Both the position numbers and the translations under genes were made by a program. A DNA stretch of 64,000 nt from Octopus sinensis (taxonomy: Eukaryota). This document shows positions 13,038 to 25,685 of this stretch, one piece after another (position 1 is the first letter of the stretch; each line of letters opens with the position of its first letter). Location of the stretch: contig NC_043004.1 of the NCBI RefSeq assembly GCF_006345805.1, forward strand, positions 10,354,001 through 10,418,000, written 5' to 3'. The notes under the pieces were generated by a model that saw nothing but the letters and a program-made list of their open reading frames with translations, did no database searches and had not been told where the DNA came from.

Positions 13038-13520
13038 TATTATTATTATTACCTATTATCGAGCTGTCGTTCGTGTTGCTGGTGTTGTTGGTAACCTTGT
13101 TATTACAATCTTTTTGCTGTAGTTTATATTATTTTGTTTTACTATTATTATTTTTTTTTACTCGTTTTTATTGACTGTCGGTGGTGCTACCTTTGTTGTT
13201 GTTGTTGTTGTTGTTGTTGTTATTACTGTCAATGTTGTTGTTATTTCTGCTATCTGTCACTGGTATTGTTATTGTTGTTATCACTGGGGTTTTTTTTGTT
13301 TTTTGTTTTTTGCTTTTGTTTTTGTCTTCTTAATATCGTATTTTTTAAATTTTTTGTCTGTCGTTGCTACCACTTTTGTTGTTGCTGCTGTTATTTTGTC
13401 ACGGTGTTGTTGCTGTTGTTGTTATTAGCCACAGTGTTGTTGTTGTTGCTGTCGTCATCGTCTCCGTTGTCATTGTAGAGCTTGTTGTTGTTGTTGTTGT
13501 TGTTAGTATTGTAGTTACTC
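10080..13520. repeat. ~3.4 kb compound trinucleotide repeat block (ATC, ATT, GTC, TTC, GTT, TTGTTC) interrupted by a LINE remnant
   Basis: Directly visible; explains the poly-D/N/I/S/L ORFs in the track. Confidence 0.95.
10786..11488 (-). mobile_element. R4/Dong-clade non-LTR retrotransposon 3' end (CCHC knuckle plus restriction-like endonuclease), 5'-truncated and frameshifted
   Basis: CRLCDERGETVWHIVSEC, RRHDKVA, KLDIVVVN; next frame VIDITCPG…WEIRRLW…IPIVIGALGS…LQESALLGTARILRRVLEA* (stop 10879-10881); sense-strand (TAA)n on both sides. Confidence 0.9.
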
Positions 13521-13566
13521 TTGTTATTGATCAAGATAGACAATCTAATTGCCAGAGACAAGATGT

Positions 13567-13666
13567 NNNNNNNNNNNNNNNNNNNNNNNNNNNNNNNNNN
13601 NNNNNNNNNNNNNNNNNNNNNNNNNNNNNNNNNNNNNNNNNNNNNNNNNNNNNNNNNNNNNNNNNN
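13567..13666. other. assembly gap (100 N)
   Basis: Run of N. Confidence 1.
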
Positions 13667-14463
13667 TTGGGTTTTTCATTTGAGTGTCTATCACGAGTGC
13701 CCTATTTCCCCTTTTCTTCCTGCTTTTCCCTCAAATCTAAGACGTTTACATTCATACTTTTACCTTAATTTCAAGTATTCTTCCCCCCTCCTTTTTCTTT
13801 TCTAAGACGTTTGTAAGCAGCTAAAAGTTTATCCAGTATCTTTGTTTATAATGTTCTAGATTTATTTGAATATAATTAATAATTATTGTCTTTTCGCGGT
13901 GTTCAAGGAGATTTAGTCGTCGAGTTTACATCACAGATTATGTTCGAGGTTGTTCAATAGGTCAGATTTGGAATGAAGTGTCTTGATTGCATTTAGATTA
14001 AGACTAATGAGTAGGAGTGTTATCCTCGAAATACGTGTATGTATGTATGTATGTATGTATGTATGTATGTATGTATGCTTGTATGCATTTAAATATGTAT
14101 ACATGTATGTATGATAATGTATATATGTATATATGCATATGCGTGCGTATGTTTGTATGTAAGTATGTGTGTGTACGTATGTGCATGTATGGATGTATGA
14201 ATGAATGTAATAATAAAAGATTTTCGATTTTAGATGTAGATCTGTAGGTCTATGAAACTTCCAGTAATGCACAAATCAAGCTGCATATACATAAATACAT
14301 ACATACATAAGTATACTTACACACACTCTCACACACACACACACATACACACACATATAAATATATACATATATATACTTACATAAATATGTGTGTGAAT
14401 ATATAATATATATAATATATATATTATATATATATACATATATGCATATGTATACTTACATAA

Positions 14464-14520
<57 letters not shown>

Positions 14521-14715
14521 TATATGTATATATATAAATATAATATATAAATATATATATATACATATAGAAATATATACACACAAATATATACATATAT
14601 ATTCAAGCATGTAAGATATGTATGGGTATTTATTACATTTATTTTCTTTCCTCCACCTCTCTCTCTATTTTGTATCACATCTAAACTAACTATGACTTAA
14701 CTATCCTCTCACACC

Positions 14716-14767
14716 GTCTCCGATGAAGGGATATTATTAATTAATATCCTAGAAACAGCTGTAAGAC
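14716..14767 (+). ncRNA. minimal type I hammerhead ribozyme-like motif, variant core (Penelope-type)
   Basis: Stem I GTCT(14716-19)/AGAC(14764-67); core CCGATGA; stem II GGATATTA/TAATATCC; GAAAC-AGCT-GTA. Deviates from canonical at U4>C and has A·A at the stem II base. Confidence 0.45.
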
Positions 14768-14828
14768 CTATCTATAAATGCTCTAATATCTATACAGCCT
14801 TGGTTTTTTATCTTATTACGCAAAAAAT

Positions 14829-14865
<37 letters not shown>

Positions 14866-14891
14866 AGTGTGTATGTGTGCCTGTGTATGTA

Positions 14892-14925
<34 letters not shown>

Positions 14926-17492
14926 GGGGGAGTGAGAGAAACATCCTAAACTTTACCGAATATATTCGGCAAAATATCTGCAAGGACAACAAATATTTAA
15001 GTAGTCTACCTGTGAGTTAATGTGAGGCCATTTAATTTGGTCATTTGACATGCCTCATACAACATCGAAAATCTGAAATCTCAGCATAAAATAAAAAAAA
15101 GAAACAAATCAAACTTCTCTCCCCTTCGCTAAAAAATAGCCATTAAAAAAAAACGAGAAGCAGTTTGGAAAATGTCGATATGTGAAACATATGCCAAAGA
15201 AAGAGCTAATAACGAGTTTGGTCAACACTGAGTTTGGCCAAATATCTGCTTGATCAGATGTAACCCGAGGCGAAATAACAATAACAGTATCAATAATAAT
15301 CTATTTAATCAACTCAAAATACGTGTCAATGCCTTGCAGGACGAATACTTCAAATATCTTAAGATCTGTAAATATTTTTGTATATGGTCACCATCTTGCA
15401 TTTGCAAACTCATCCAATTTATCACGACATGATATCCTGTGAGACGTACAACTATCGTCAACCTTCAAAATTTCTAAACCTTTCAATTTATACGGTGTAA
15501 ACAACCATGAGGTTGGTTGTTTTCGCTGTTTTAAGTAGATAGTCGGAGTTAACATTCCGACTAAACAGATATAATATACATGTAAAGTTAAAATTGTAAG
15601 CTCCGTGTGTAAGTTTGTCTACAGAACATTACATACATCTACATATGTGTATATGTATTTATGTATGTATGTATGAATGTTTGTGTGTATGTATACATGT
15701 ATGTTTACACACATGTATGTGTGCATATATGTATGTTTGTATATTTGCATACATGTATGTATGTGTCAATATACGTATGTTTATACACACACACACACAC
15801 ACACACCACACACGTATATAGTAGACTTGCATTTGCATATGTTTATATACATGTGGATGTATATGTATATATGCATTTGTATTTCTACCTCTATCGATTT
15901 ATCTATTTCTCTTTCTCCCATATGAGATGTGTATACATATGGCATACATATATACATATACATACACAAACACACACACGTACACGCACGCATGCATATA
16001 CATAACAGCATATATGCATGTGTGTTTATATATATATATATGTACTCACACGGACACACCTGTGTATGCGTGTTTTTGTGTGCATATATATGCACAAATG
16101 TCTTCTTTAGTCAGTCTGAAGTAACAATGCAAGATGAAAGGAAAAAGAAACAGAAAGTAAAAGTGAGAGGGAGAGAAAGATAAACTAAAAGAGACAGTTA
16201 AACAGAAGGTGAGAAAGAGTCGTAGAAAAGGAGAAGCAAAGTACGGGAGAAGGTGGAGGAGGAAGAGGATATGATGGGTAAGTTGCAAATGGCCGCAGGC
16301 TAGAGTCAAACTGAAAGTAGGGGCAAGTTTGAAGATATTGATCGACGAGGTGGGCGAGGGACGGAATGGGAAGAGGGGAACGAATTCAATGACAGAGAAA
16401 TGTCTCTGAGCTAAATACTAAATGTATGTTTGGGTTTGATAAAATATTTGAATTCTCTTCAATGTTAAATGTTTAACTTGATGTGGATTTCATCTTTATT
16501 TCCAAAGTTAGCCTGGAGGTAGCAACTAGCGTTTCCGTCTGCTATGTAATTGATTTTATTGTTCAAACATCAACAGTCTAGTCTTCGTTTTGGAAGTCTT
16601 CATTGCAAAATTTTACAGAGAGTTACTTTAAATCTTTAGACACAGAAGCAGAGACAGAAAAATTATTTATTCATTGATAGAAAAATGTTTACAACGTACA
16701 CGAGAAGTGGACAAATTGTTTGATACGAGGAGACACATATGAAATAGTTTTATGCTTAAGAACCGTAGTATATATGCTTAACATTATATTTATAAGAAAA
16801 TACACAGCTTCTATAATGTTATGCACTGAAGGACATTAATCAGTCTCTGCTCGTTCAGATCTTTTATTGTGACTTCATTTTTAATACTTTAAAATCCAGT
16901 CGGCAGGATATTAAAGCTGTTTTAAGAAAAATAGTAGTGAAACCTAATATTATTCAGAAATTCGCACTCAATAGCTTTCAGACCCTCAGTTGGGCCACAT
17001 GTAGTATATATCTTGTATATAAAAAAAAATATGAAAGCCACAAGCCAGTCATCGAGTGCTGCAATGCAACAGCAGAAGTTTTCTTTTATCAAAACCTAGC
17101 GTTTTAAACTGGTGGTGTCATCTAGTGGCTAGTTAATATAAGGAAGGTAATCATTTCTATATAGTATTTGGCGGGACTAGAAGTTCGACTTTATTATCAA
17201 AGAAAGGGAAGGAAGATTCAGGGAATATTTGACTTTTTTTTTTTAGTTTTGCTTACTGAGCACGGAAATATTGAAATTTCTAGTTTTTGGTAATCATCTA
17301 AAGTGTTGTTTCATTTTTAGAAATCTTTTTAATGAATTTTCGTCATTTTACGAACTGAGGAGCGACGAAACGCATTTCATCATTTTGGATTAGATTTATC
17401 TCCAGAAGGATAGTGTGGTCAGAGCTGGAAAACTTATGATTATTGTTCTGCTCTATTCAGACAGCCGCTGGTCTTATCTATCTATCTATCTT

Positions 17493-17586
17493 TTTTTAAC
17501 TCCCCTTCTTCTCTTCTTCCCAAAAAGGAAAGCTCTACTTTTTTTTTGTCTCTTCTGTGTTCAGCCCTGCGTGGCCAATAAAGAAA
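17493..17586 (+). mobile_element. short 3'-terminal fragment of a Tx1-type LINE within a (TCTA)n array
   Basis: Shares AAAAG…CTCTAC and TCTGTGTT(C/T)AGCCCTG…CAATAAA with the Tx1 end at 24260-24331; TCTA repeats on both sides. Confidence 0.55.
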
Positions 17587-17596
17587 TCTATCTATC

Positions 17597-17661
<65 letters not shown>

Positions 17662-17662
17662 A

Positions 17663-17746
<84 letters not shown>

Positions 17747-17769
17747 GTTATCTATCTATATCTATCTAT
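17587..17769. repeat. (TCTA)n/(TCTG)n microsatellite
   Basis: Directly visible. Confidence 0.95.
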
Positions 17770-17989
17770 TCGACATGGACGGACGCTAGTCAAATAGGCT
17801 CCACGTAAGTTGGCCACTTTTACATGTTTAAAACTCCTTGTTGTCAAATATTCTGTTTTTAATCGTCGTGCAAGTTCATTCACTAAAAAAACTGAGAATT
17901 ATTCACGTAGAATTCCGCCTGTATGGGCGAACATTACCAAAAACTTTCAAAACTTTCGTGGGTTCCTTTAGCCATTTTTCATTTTGAAA

Positions 17990-19955
17990 ATGGCAACTAG
18001 AAAACACGTGGCTACCGCCAGTCATGTCGGAACGGTAGCGAAACACTATTGCTACCACTAGTTGCTAACCTCGCAGCTTGAACACCGCGGTCACCACCAC
18101 CACCACCACCACCAACAACAACAAACAAACAACCAAAAACTAACGTCGCAAGACCATTCACCATCGCCGCGGCCAAAGACATTAACTTAGATTTCCCCCC
18201 ACTCCCTACACCACTCGGCGATGATAAAAGACGGAGAAAGGGATTTTAAAAACGAATACAGACGAAAACATGAATGCCCAGCACCCCCACCACCACCACC
18301 ACCACACCACCACCAACAACAACAACGAAATCAGCACAAAGCTGCCTACCAAAGACAACACCGCCAACACCAAACCACCACTACCACGACTTCAACTGCT
18401 ACAAACTAACCCTTCTGCTGCTAACACGCCAAAATCAAAACGAATTTCGCGGATGCGACAAAACCAAAACGAAACAATCGTAAGATTCACCACACAGGAA
18501 ATAAACCTCACAAGAGCACTCTTCACCAAAGAAGAGGACAAAATTGCATCTTCACATTCCACAAACACATCGTGGAAACAAACACCACAAAAAAAACAAT
18601 AATCTACAAAGTAATAAAAAGAAAACAAAACAAGACGACCAGAAAATGCACCGCAGGAAAAAAATTGTAAAATGCCTTCGTCCTGCATGGGACTCCAAGG
18701 AGTATATCAGTTGGGGAAATAAATTTGGTACAGTCAAGTACGTTCCTCAACGAAAATTTAGCAAAACGATTTTCCACATTGGAGCTGCATTCAGACGACT
18801 TAGTAATGATACCAATCTTTAAACCAGAGAGTGACGAAAGTCCAAAGTCCAAAAAAAATGTACCCCCTGAAGTTGAAACACAATGGTTAGTCTCGGCCAT
18901 CTGCTTTGAAATGGCAGAGACAATGGCAGAGACAAACATCTTTGAAATCGCCGTTCTAGAAGAGAAAGACTATGTGGGAAAATCAATCCAATTCCTTCTT
19001 CAATTGGATGAAACAGCAAGAGAAAAGATACCCACCACTACAGAACTGCCAGGAGGCTACAAACTTTATGTAGTGGCAGGCGACCACGTTGCTATTTGTG
19101 TGGAAGCGAAACACACTTGAAAAATACGTGCCCAACCACTGCACACCAAGAGCAACAACAGCAACCACTACCACAACCAAAACACTCCGGAAAAAAAGCT
19201 CTACTACCCACACCACCATCAACACAGAAGACGACAAGAGAAGCACACAAGCTAATCCGTCAAAAACCAAAAATTACTCAACACCTGAGAAAATACCAAC
19301 ACCACCAACAACAGCAAGAACCAAAGGAACAGAAAAACAAAGAAAATACACAAAAACTGATTCCCATCCCTTATACCGCACTCACCACACACAAACACTC
19401 AAACCAACAGCAACGAAAACACAGCACAACCAACTTACACAGACATACATAGAAGCCTACAACATACCCCTACCCCCTACTGATTCCTCAGAAAATTCGT
19501 CGGAATACGAAACCAGTGAGGAATGGCAAATAGCTAGAAAAAGAAGGAAAATAAAGAGCAGAAACACAACCAAACCAAATGCAAACACAGACAAAGCAGG
19601 GGAAATACATCTCCCGAAGAAATTTCAAACCCAAACACAAACAACAGCCACACCAACACCACAAAAATATATACAGCAAACATGCTCACAGCTATAGACA
19701 CTTAAAAAAAATTTGATGGAATACATCAATCGAAAACAAACATAACAGAAGATGACATAAAAACGAACAATCACCCATACACAACACCACCAGACCACAT
19801 CAAATATTACACATCTCCAAAAGTCTGCACCCACACTCAAAGGCATTTTCCCCAGTGCGGTTGGTAAATGTCAAAAATATCTCACAAAGAAACTGTACTG
19901 GGATCTCCTCGAGGACAAACCAAAGGAGGAGAAAGCAAAAACTTTCGAGCAGTAA
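17990..19955 (+). pseudogene. Tx1 ORF1 (gag-like), frameshifted
   Basis: Overlapping partial ORFs; CX2CX4HX4C knuckle CYLCGSETHLKNTC at 19090-19131; Thr/Lys-rich C-terminal part. Start and stop positions approximate. Confidence 0.75.
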
Positions 19956-19999
19956 GTAACCCTCTGTTCCTTTCACTTGTATTCTAATTCATTAGGATT

Positions 20000-22900
20000 A
20001 TGATCAAGATGGTTGTGTAAATGCGCGTGGCTTGGGATCCCTTGGAAACAAGGGTACCTCTTAAATGACATAAAGTCACATAAGTTAGAATCATAGCCAT
20101 AAGTGAGACCAGACTCCACAATCCGCGGGCCCTAAAGACCATATTGGCGGACAGTTAACATTATTTTCCCCCTGTCTGCCAAGAATGGGCGGTAGTGGCA
20201 CGCGCGGTACTTTCGCAAGAGTCTGGATCTCAAAGTAAAGACAATATTTGTAGACTGGAGGGTAGACTGGACGTCCTGGATGTCGACGGCAGCAATGGGT
20301 GCGCTTTTCGACTCGTATCAGTCTACGCACCGCCCTTAACAGGTCGGGCGGATTTCTTTCAACGTCTAGAAGTATTTTTGGGAACGTCTCGTCCTTTACT
20401 CTTAGTGGGGGATTGGAATGCTACCTTGGACACGCATGTAAGAATAGACGGGGATGCAAATGCCTCAGAGACCTGCTCAGACGCTTTCAACTGTCTGACA
20501 GGTTCCGACTAGACCACCGAATGCGCCCAACGTGGACATGGAGCAACCGCATCGGGTCGTCGTCGAGATCGTATCTAGATAGGATACTGTGTAGGACAGT
20601 AGATAGAGATAGCATAGGATGTCCACAATTCCACATAGTCAGCTACACGGATCACAAACTTGTGACATGTACGCTAGACTTAGGTAAGACACTTAGGCAG
20701 GGTCCCGGATACTGGAAACTAAACGCTCGTCTTTCCCATCGAGACAGGTTTTCAGAGACCGGATTAGCACACTAGTAAAGAGGGCTTTGACGGGAGCCAT
20801 CATCAAAAACAAATGGTGGTTTGCCTTCAAGAGAGCAAGTAAAAGCAGAAGCGAGTAGGGTACAGCAAAGCACTAGCCATAGATAGAAATAGAGTAGAGG
20901 GTGAGCTAGTTAAGAAGCTAGAAGAGGCAATTAGAAGCGGCATCGCATCCGACGTTTTGGCGGCGAGGTTGGCCCTTGACCAACACTTCAACATCAAACA
21001 CAAAGGGTGTGTTGTCAGAGCTAGGATGCGTGCTCTAAGGAAAGAAGGTGTTGGAGCCGCGAGAGAGGCCCGGGTGGCAGAGGAGCAACAGGGCAACAAA
21101 GCCACCATTCGGTCTCTGGTAGATGAACAGGGGCGCGAATTGCTCGAGCCAAGTAAAATGTGTGAGGCCTTTCAACAGCATTTTGCCCGACTGTTCGGGA
21201 CGAGTGGCGGGCAAGAACGTAGGGTGGACTTCAGTGCCTACCTACACAGCCTACCACGACTCTCGACAAGAGAGGCAGGGTGCTGCGAAGGTGCCATCAC
21301 GGCGCCGGAAGTGCAGGACGCGATGGCAGATGCTCGAGGGGACAAATCGCAGGGGTTTGGATGGTCTACCCTACGAGCTTTACAGTTGTATGCCAGACTT
21401 GTTTGGAGACGTCTTGGCAGCGGTGTACTGCAACTGGCAGCAAAACGGGAGCATTCCTGGTTTTGTGAGCCGAGGAGCCGTAACACTGCTGAAGAAAGAT
21501 CTAAACAAGGGAAATGTAATATATAACTTTAGGCCCATCACTCTGCTCAATGCAGACTTGAAAATTTTGGCCAAGGTGTTAGCCAAGACGTTGGCGCTTG
21601 TCATCGAGAAACTGGTCGACAAGGCGCAAACGTGCGCCGTGCCGGGCCGGACCATCCATGACAACCTCCACCTGATGCGCTACATCATAGACAGGGTAGT
21701 TAACGAACCTGACATGGGTGGGGCGCTGATCAATTTGGATCAATCGAAAGCTTTCGATAGGGTAGACCATCGATACTTGGAGGCAGTCCACAGAGCGGCT
21801 GGCTTCGGTCCCGTCTTCCGCGGCTGGATAGCCGCTTTGTACAGAGGCATCCGTTCGGTAATTTGCGTAAATGGACATATCGAGACCTTTCGACATCGCA
21901 CGTTCGGTCCGTCAGGGATTGCCCCCTCTCGTCGCTTCTATACGTATTGACTCTCGAGCCACTATTGCGGAAGCTGGACCACTCTGAGGGGCATCCGCGA
22001 GAACTGGGATGCGGGACGAGCGTGTCTGCATACGCGGACGACGTCACCGTCATAGTGTCTAGCCACGAGCACATCGAGCAGGTCGGCGGCGAGACACTGA
22101 AAAACTACGAAGCGGTGGACAGGAGCAAAAATCAACCGGGAAAAGTAGGTGGGCTTGCGACTAGGCACCTGGAGAAAGCAAGCCCAGCCGTCCACCAGCG
22201 CCTCCGTTGTGGGACGCTGGACCGACGGTCCGGTCGAGTTGCTCGGGTCTGGTTCGGTCCGGACCTCCAATGGAGAAGAACTGGAACGGATAACGAGTAG
22301 GGTGGTCACTCTCGCCCGGCAAATGGCCGAGAGGAAACTGTCCCTAAAAAATCGGGCGGAGGTGGCGAACACGTACATCGCGTCCGTCATCTACTACCGC
22401 CTGACCGTCGTGCCTTGTCCCGACCCTACCATCACCAAACTAGAACGCATTCTCTTTCGTTTCTTGTGGAAAGGATGCGTCCCGATGGTCAGGCGATCCA
22501 TTTGCTGTCAACATCCGTTAAAAGGAGGACTGGACATGCCGTGGTTGATGATGCGCAGACACGCGCTGAGACTGCGACATCTCAGGCTCTTCGAAGACGA
22601 CGGTGAACAGGTGTGGGCGCCGTTTGTGAGGCGCGCCTTCCCGCAGCTCGTCTCACTGACCGAACTGCAAACGTGGATCAGGAAGAGACCGAAAAAACGG
22701 GCGATTGGCACCGAGAGTGTCGCCAAGCTCTACAGCAGCTCTGCGACCGGGGTCAAACTTGTGCAACTTACAAACGACTAAAGCGTTCTATAGAGGACTA
22801 GTGGAGGGGAGGTCTGACGACCCACTCGGGGCAAACCTGGGCGTCGACGAGAAATTCCTAACCGCCTGTTCAGGACGACGTTCGGGCCGAGGCCTATGGA

Positions 22901-23653
22901 TAACTTCCAGAAATCCCTGGCTTGGCAATGCTATCGAGACGCACTACCTGTTCGAGAGAAGAGCTACAGGCACGGTTCGAAAAACATCACCGGACCGACC
23001 TGCCCGAGATGTGGTCAGAGCGACGAAACCTATTTCTTTATTACACACAGGGGGCTAAAAACAGAGGGGACAAACAAGGACAGACATAGGTGTTAAGTCG
23101 ATTACATCAACCCCAGTGCGTAACTGGTACTTAATTTATCGACCCCGAAAGGATGAAAGGCAAAGTCGACCTCGGCGGAATTTGAACTCAGAACATAACG
23201 ACAGACGAAATACGGCTACGCATTTCGCCCGGCGTGCTAACGTTTCTGCCAGCTCGCCGCGACGAAACCGTTCTGCACGCACTCGTGCAGTGTCCAGATA
23301 TTTCAGAGCTGTGGACCTTCGTCGAACAGCTGTGTCGCGTGTAGGCGGGCCCCGCTTATCGGCCGAGTCTATCATGAATATTGTTCCACCACCTCCTTTA
23401 AACGGGAGGGAAAACGGTTTTCGTTACGCTGATGGCTTATGGCGAAAGAATGTGTGTGGTGGACGCGTTTGAAAGGACTGCAAACAAACCTTCCTCTCTG
23501 GTCAGTCTCTCGTCAACTTTTTTCAAGTACCACTTGAAAAGGAGGATGAGAATAGAGAGGAAGGCTTTGTCGAACGAATGTTTTATAAAAAGTGGGTAAA
23601 GTGGCAAAAATGGTCAGTATGAAGACGACACTATTTTAAGCGTAAATCTGTGA
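20000..23653 (+). pseudogene. Tx1 ORF2 (AP endonuclease + reverse transcriptase + C-terminal Cys motif), many frameshifts
   Basis: NARGL, ISETRL, VYAP, GDWNATLD, SYLDRI, TDHK, GPGYWKLN, GLDGLPYELY, FRPITLLNADLKILAK, LDQSKAFDRVDH, AYADDV, CPRCGQSDET|VLHALVQC; stop TGA 23651-23653. Confidence 0.92.
23031..23258 (-). mobile_element. SINE family B (tail A) inserted in Tx1 ORF2
   Basis: 11-bp TSD GCGACGAAACC at 23020-23030 and 23259-23269; removing it restores the C-terminal Cys/His motif. Confidence 0.95.
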
Positions 23654-23781
23654 CCAAAAGAGACAACGAGAGGTAAGGCGACTTATCATGTGCTCATTTT
23701 CGAGCTGTCTGAGGTGACCTTGGACTTTTTTGTAGGTTTTTCTTTCCAGGGCTACACCTAAACTGTGAACTTTATTTATAT

Positions 23782-24169
23782 ACTAGCAGTATCGCCCGGC
23801 GTTGCTCAGGTTTGTAAGGGAAATAACTATAAAGCATTTTTAGAGAGTTATAGCCAAAAAATAGCAAAAAAATGGGAAAAAAATGATGGTAAATTTTTTT
23901 TTGAGAGTAAAAAAAGGTTGAGTTGCGTCCCCTAGACAGTCTGTGGTTTGTTTTTTTTATTCTCGACCCCATGTCGAATTTATCGATTTTTTTCAGAACT
24001 GGGGGAACTTTTCAAAATTTTCGCTGCGTTAGTTTTGAATTATGACATTGGGCTATGTGTGTGTCAAGTTTCATCAGAATCGGTTGAAAGCCGTGGTCAG
24101 GGTGAGGGTACGAGAAAACAGACACACAGAAACACGCACAGACAAACTGCCGTTTATATAGAGAGAGAT
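23782..24169 (+). mobile_element. non-autonomous Helitron-like (Lep1/HINE-like) element in the Tx1 3' UTR
   Basis: Starts ACTAGCAGTATCGCCCGGCGTTGCTC, has AAGTTTCATCAGAATCGGTTGAA and an ACAGAC-rich 3' part, ends TTTATATAGAGAGAGAT; AT-rich site, no TSD. Class assignment by resemblance. Confidence 0.6.
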
Positions 24170-24331
24170 ATATATTATATTTTTATACACCACACAACCC
24201 ACAGATCCCTATTGATCGAACGTTTTTTTTTCTTTGTGTCCCACCCATCCCACCTCGAAAAGAAAAAAACTCTACATTGTATTTCGTCCATTTTTATTCT
24301 GTGTTTAGCCCTGTGTGACCACAATAAAAAG

Positions 24332-24332
<1 letters not shown>

Positions 24333-24409
<77 letters not shown>

Positions 24410-24477
24410 GCCTGTTTGATTGTCTGTCTGTCTATCTGTCTATCTAGCGATCTATCTATCTATTTATCTGTCTATCT
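24333..24477. repeat. (TCTA)n microsatellite at the Tx1 3' end
   Basis: Directly visible. Confidence 0.95.
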
Positions 24478-24939
24478 CCTCTTTAAGTACATATATGCAT
24501 GTATACATACATACACACACACACAGACACACATATACGCATATTTATTCAAAAAGGAATCAGAAGCAGCTCGAGGTATATAAAAAAATTGGAGCCCACA
24601 CACACACAAGGTGTGTATGTTGCTAGTTGTAAAAACAAGAACACATGACGGTAAGTCATAGTCAAGCGAGACAACTCATATAAGTCCCTTCCTAGAGCGG
24701 GGAGGGACAGACATCGATGGTTCGTCATTGCTGTGACTTATAAATACTGCGTACCGAACACGCCATACCGCTGACTATGATTATATGCTAAGTGGTTTAA
24801 ACACCATCTGCTGGCATGTCCCAACGTTTCATACCACGGAGAAAAACCTCAAAAATGAACGTGTAAGAGTTTGAATTTATTTATATAACTCGAGGTGCTT
24901 CTAATACATTTTTGCATATGTATATATATATATATTCTT

Positions 24940-25480
24940 TTATTCTTTTACTTGTTTTATCATTTGACTGCGGCCATGCTGGAGCATCGCCTTTAGTCGA
25001 ATCAGATCGAACCCAGGACTTATTCTTTGTAAGCCTAGAACTGTTTTGCCGCACCGCTAAGTTACGGGGATGTAAACACACCAGCATCGGTTGTCAAGCG
25101 ATGTTGGGGGGGGGGCAAACACAGATACACAACACACACACACACACACATACTCTTTTACTCTTTTACTTGTTTCAGCCATTTGACTGCGGCCATGTTG
25201 GAGCACCGCCTTTAGTCGAGCAAATCGACCCCGGGACTTATTCTTTGTATGCCCAGTACTTATTCTATCGGTCTCTTTTGCCGAACCGCTAAGTGACGGG
25301 GACGTAAACACACCAGCATCGGTCGTCAAGCAATGCTAGGGGGACAAACACAGACATACAAACATACACACACACATACATATATATATACATATATACG
25401 ACAGGCTTCTTTCAGTTTCCGTCTACCAAATCCACTCACAAGGCTTTGGCCGGCCCGAGGCTATAGCAGAAGACACTTGC

Positions 25481-25525
<45 letters not shown>

Positions 25526-25685
25526 TACGACGGGCTTCTTTCAGTTTCCGTCTACAAAATCCACTCAGAAGGCTTTGGTCGGCCCGAGGCTATACTAGAA
25601 GCCGAAAGTGCCACGTAGTGGGATTGAACCCGGAATAATGTGGTTGGTAAGCAAGCTACTTACCACACAGCCACTCCTGCGCCTG
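24940..25685 (-). mobile_element. cluster of SINE family A copies (3' fragment plus full copy with internal duplication)
   Basis: Family A tail twice; segment GACGGGCTTCTTTCAG…GAGGCTAT repeated; head ends …CCACTCCTGCGCC. Confidence 0.85.

Larger units (their letters stand above)
17770..24331 (+). mobile_element. near full-length decayed Tx1 (L1-clade) non-LTR retrotransposon with nested SINE and Helitron-like insertions
   Basis: ORF1 with CCHC knuckle, ORF2 with APE and RT motifs, 3' UTR ending at (TCTA)n; 5' boundary inferred from the end of the upstream (TCTA)n array. Confidence 0.9.

Noticed and set aside
11151-13094. Long ORFs of 200-293 aa
   Set aside because: Trinucleotide repeats lacking stop codons; only the Dong-derived segment is real coding remnant.
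17350-17380. CTGAGGAGCGACGAAACGCATTTC hammerhead-like motif
   Set aside because: Stem II is only 1 bp, stem III is mismatched and stem I is unsupported; at best a relic.
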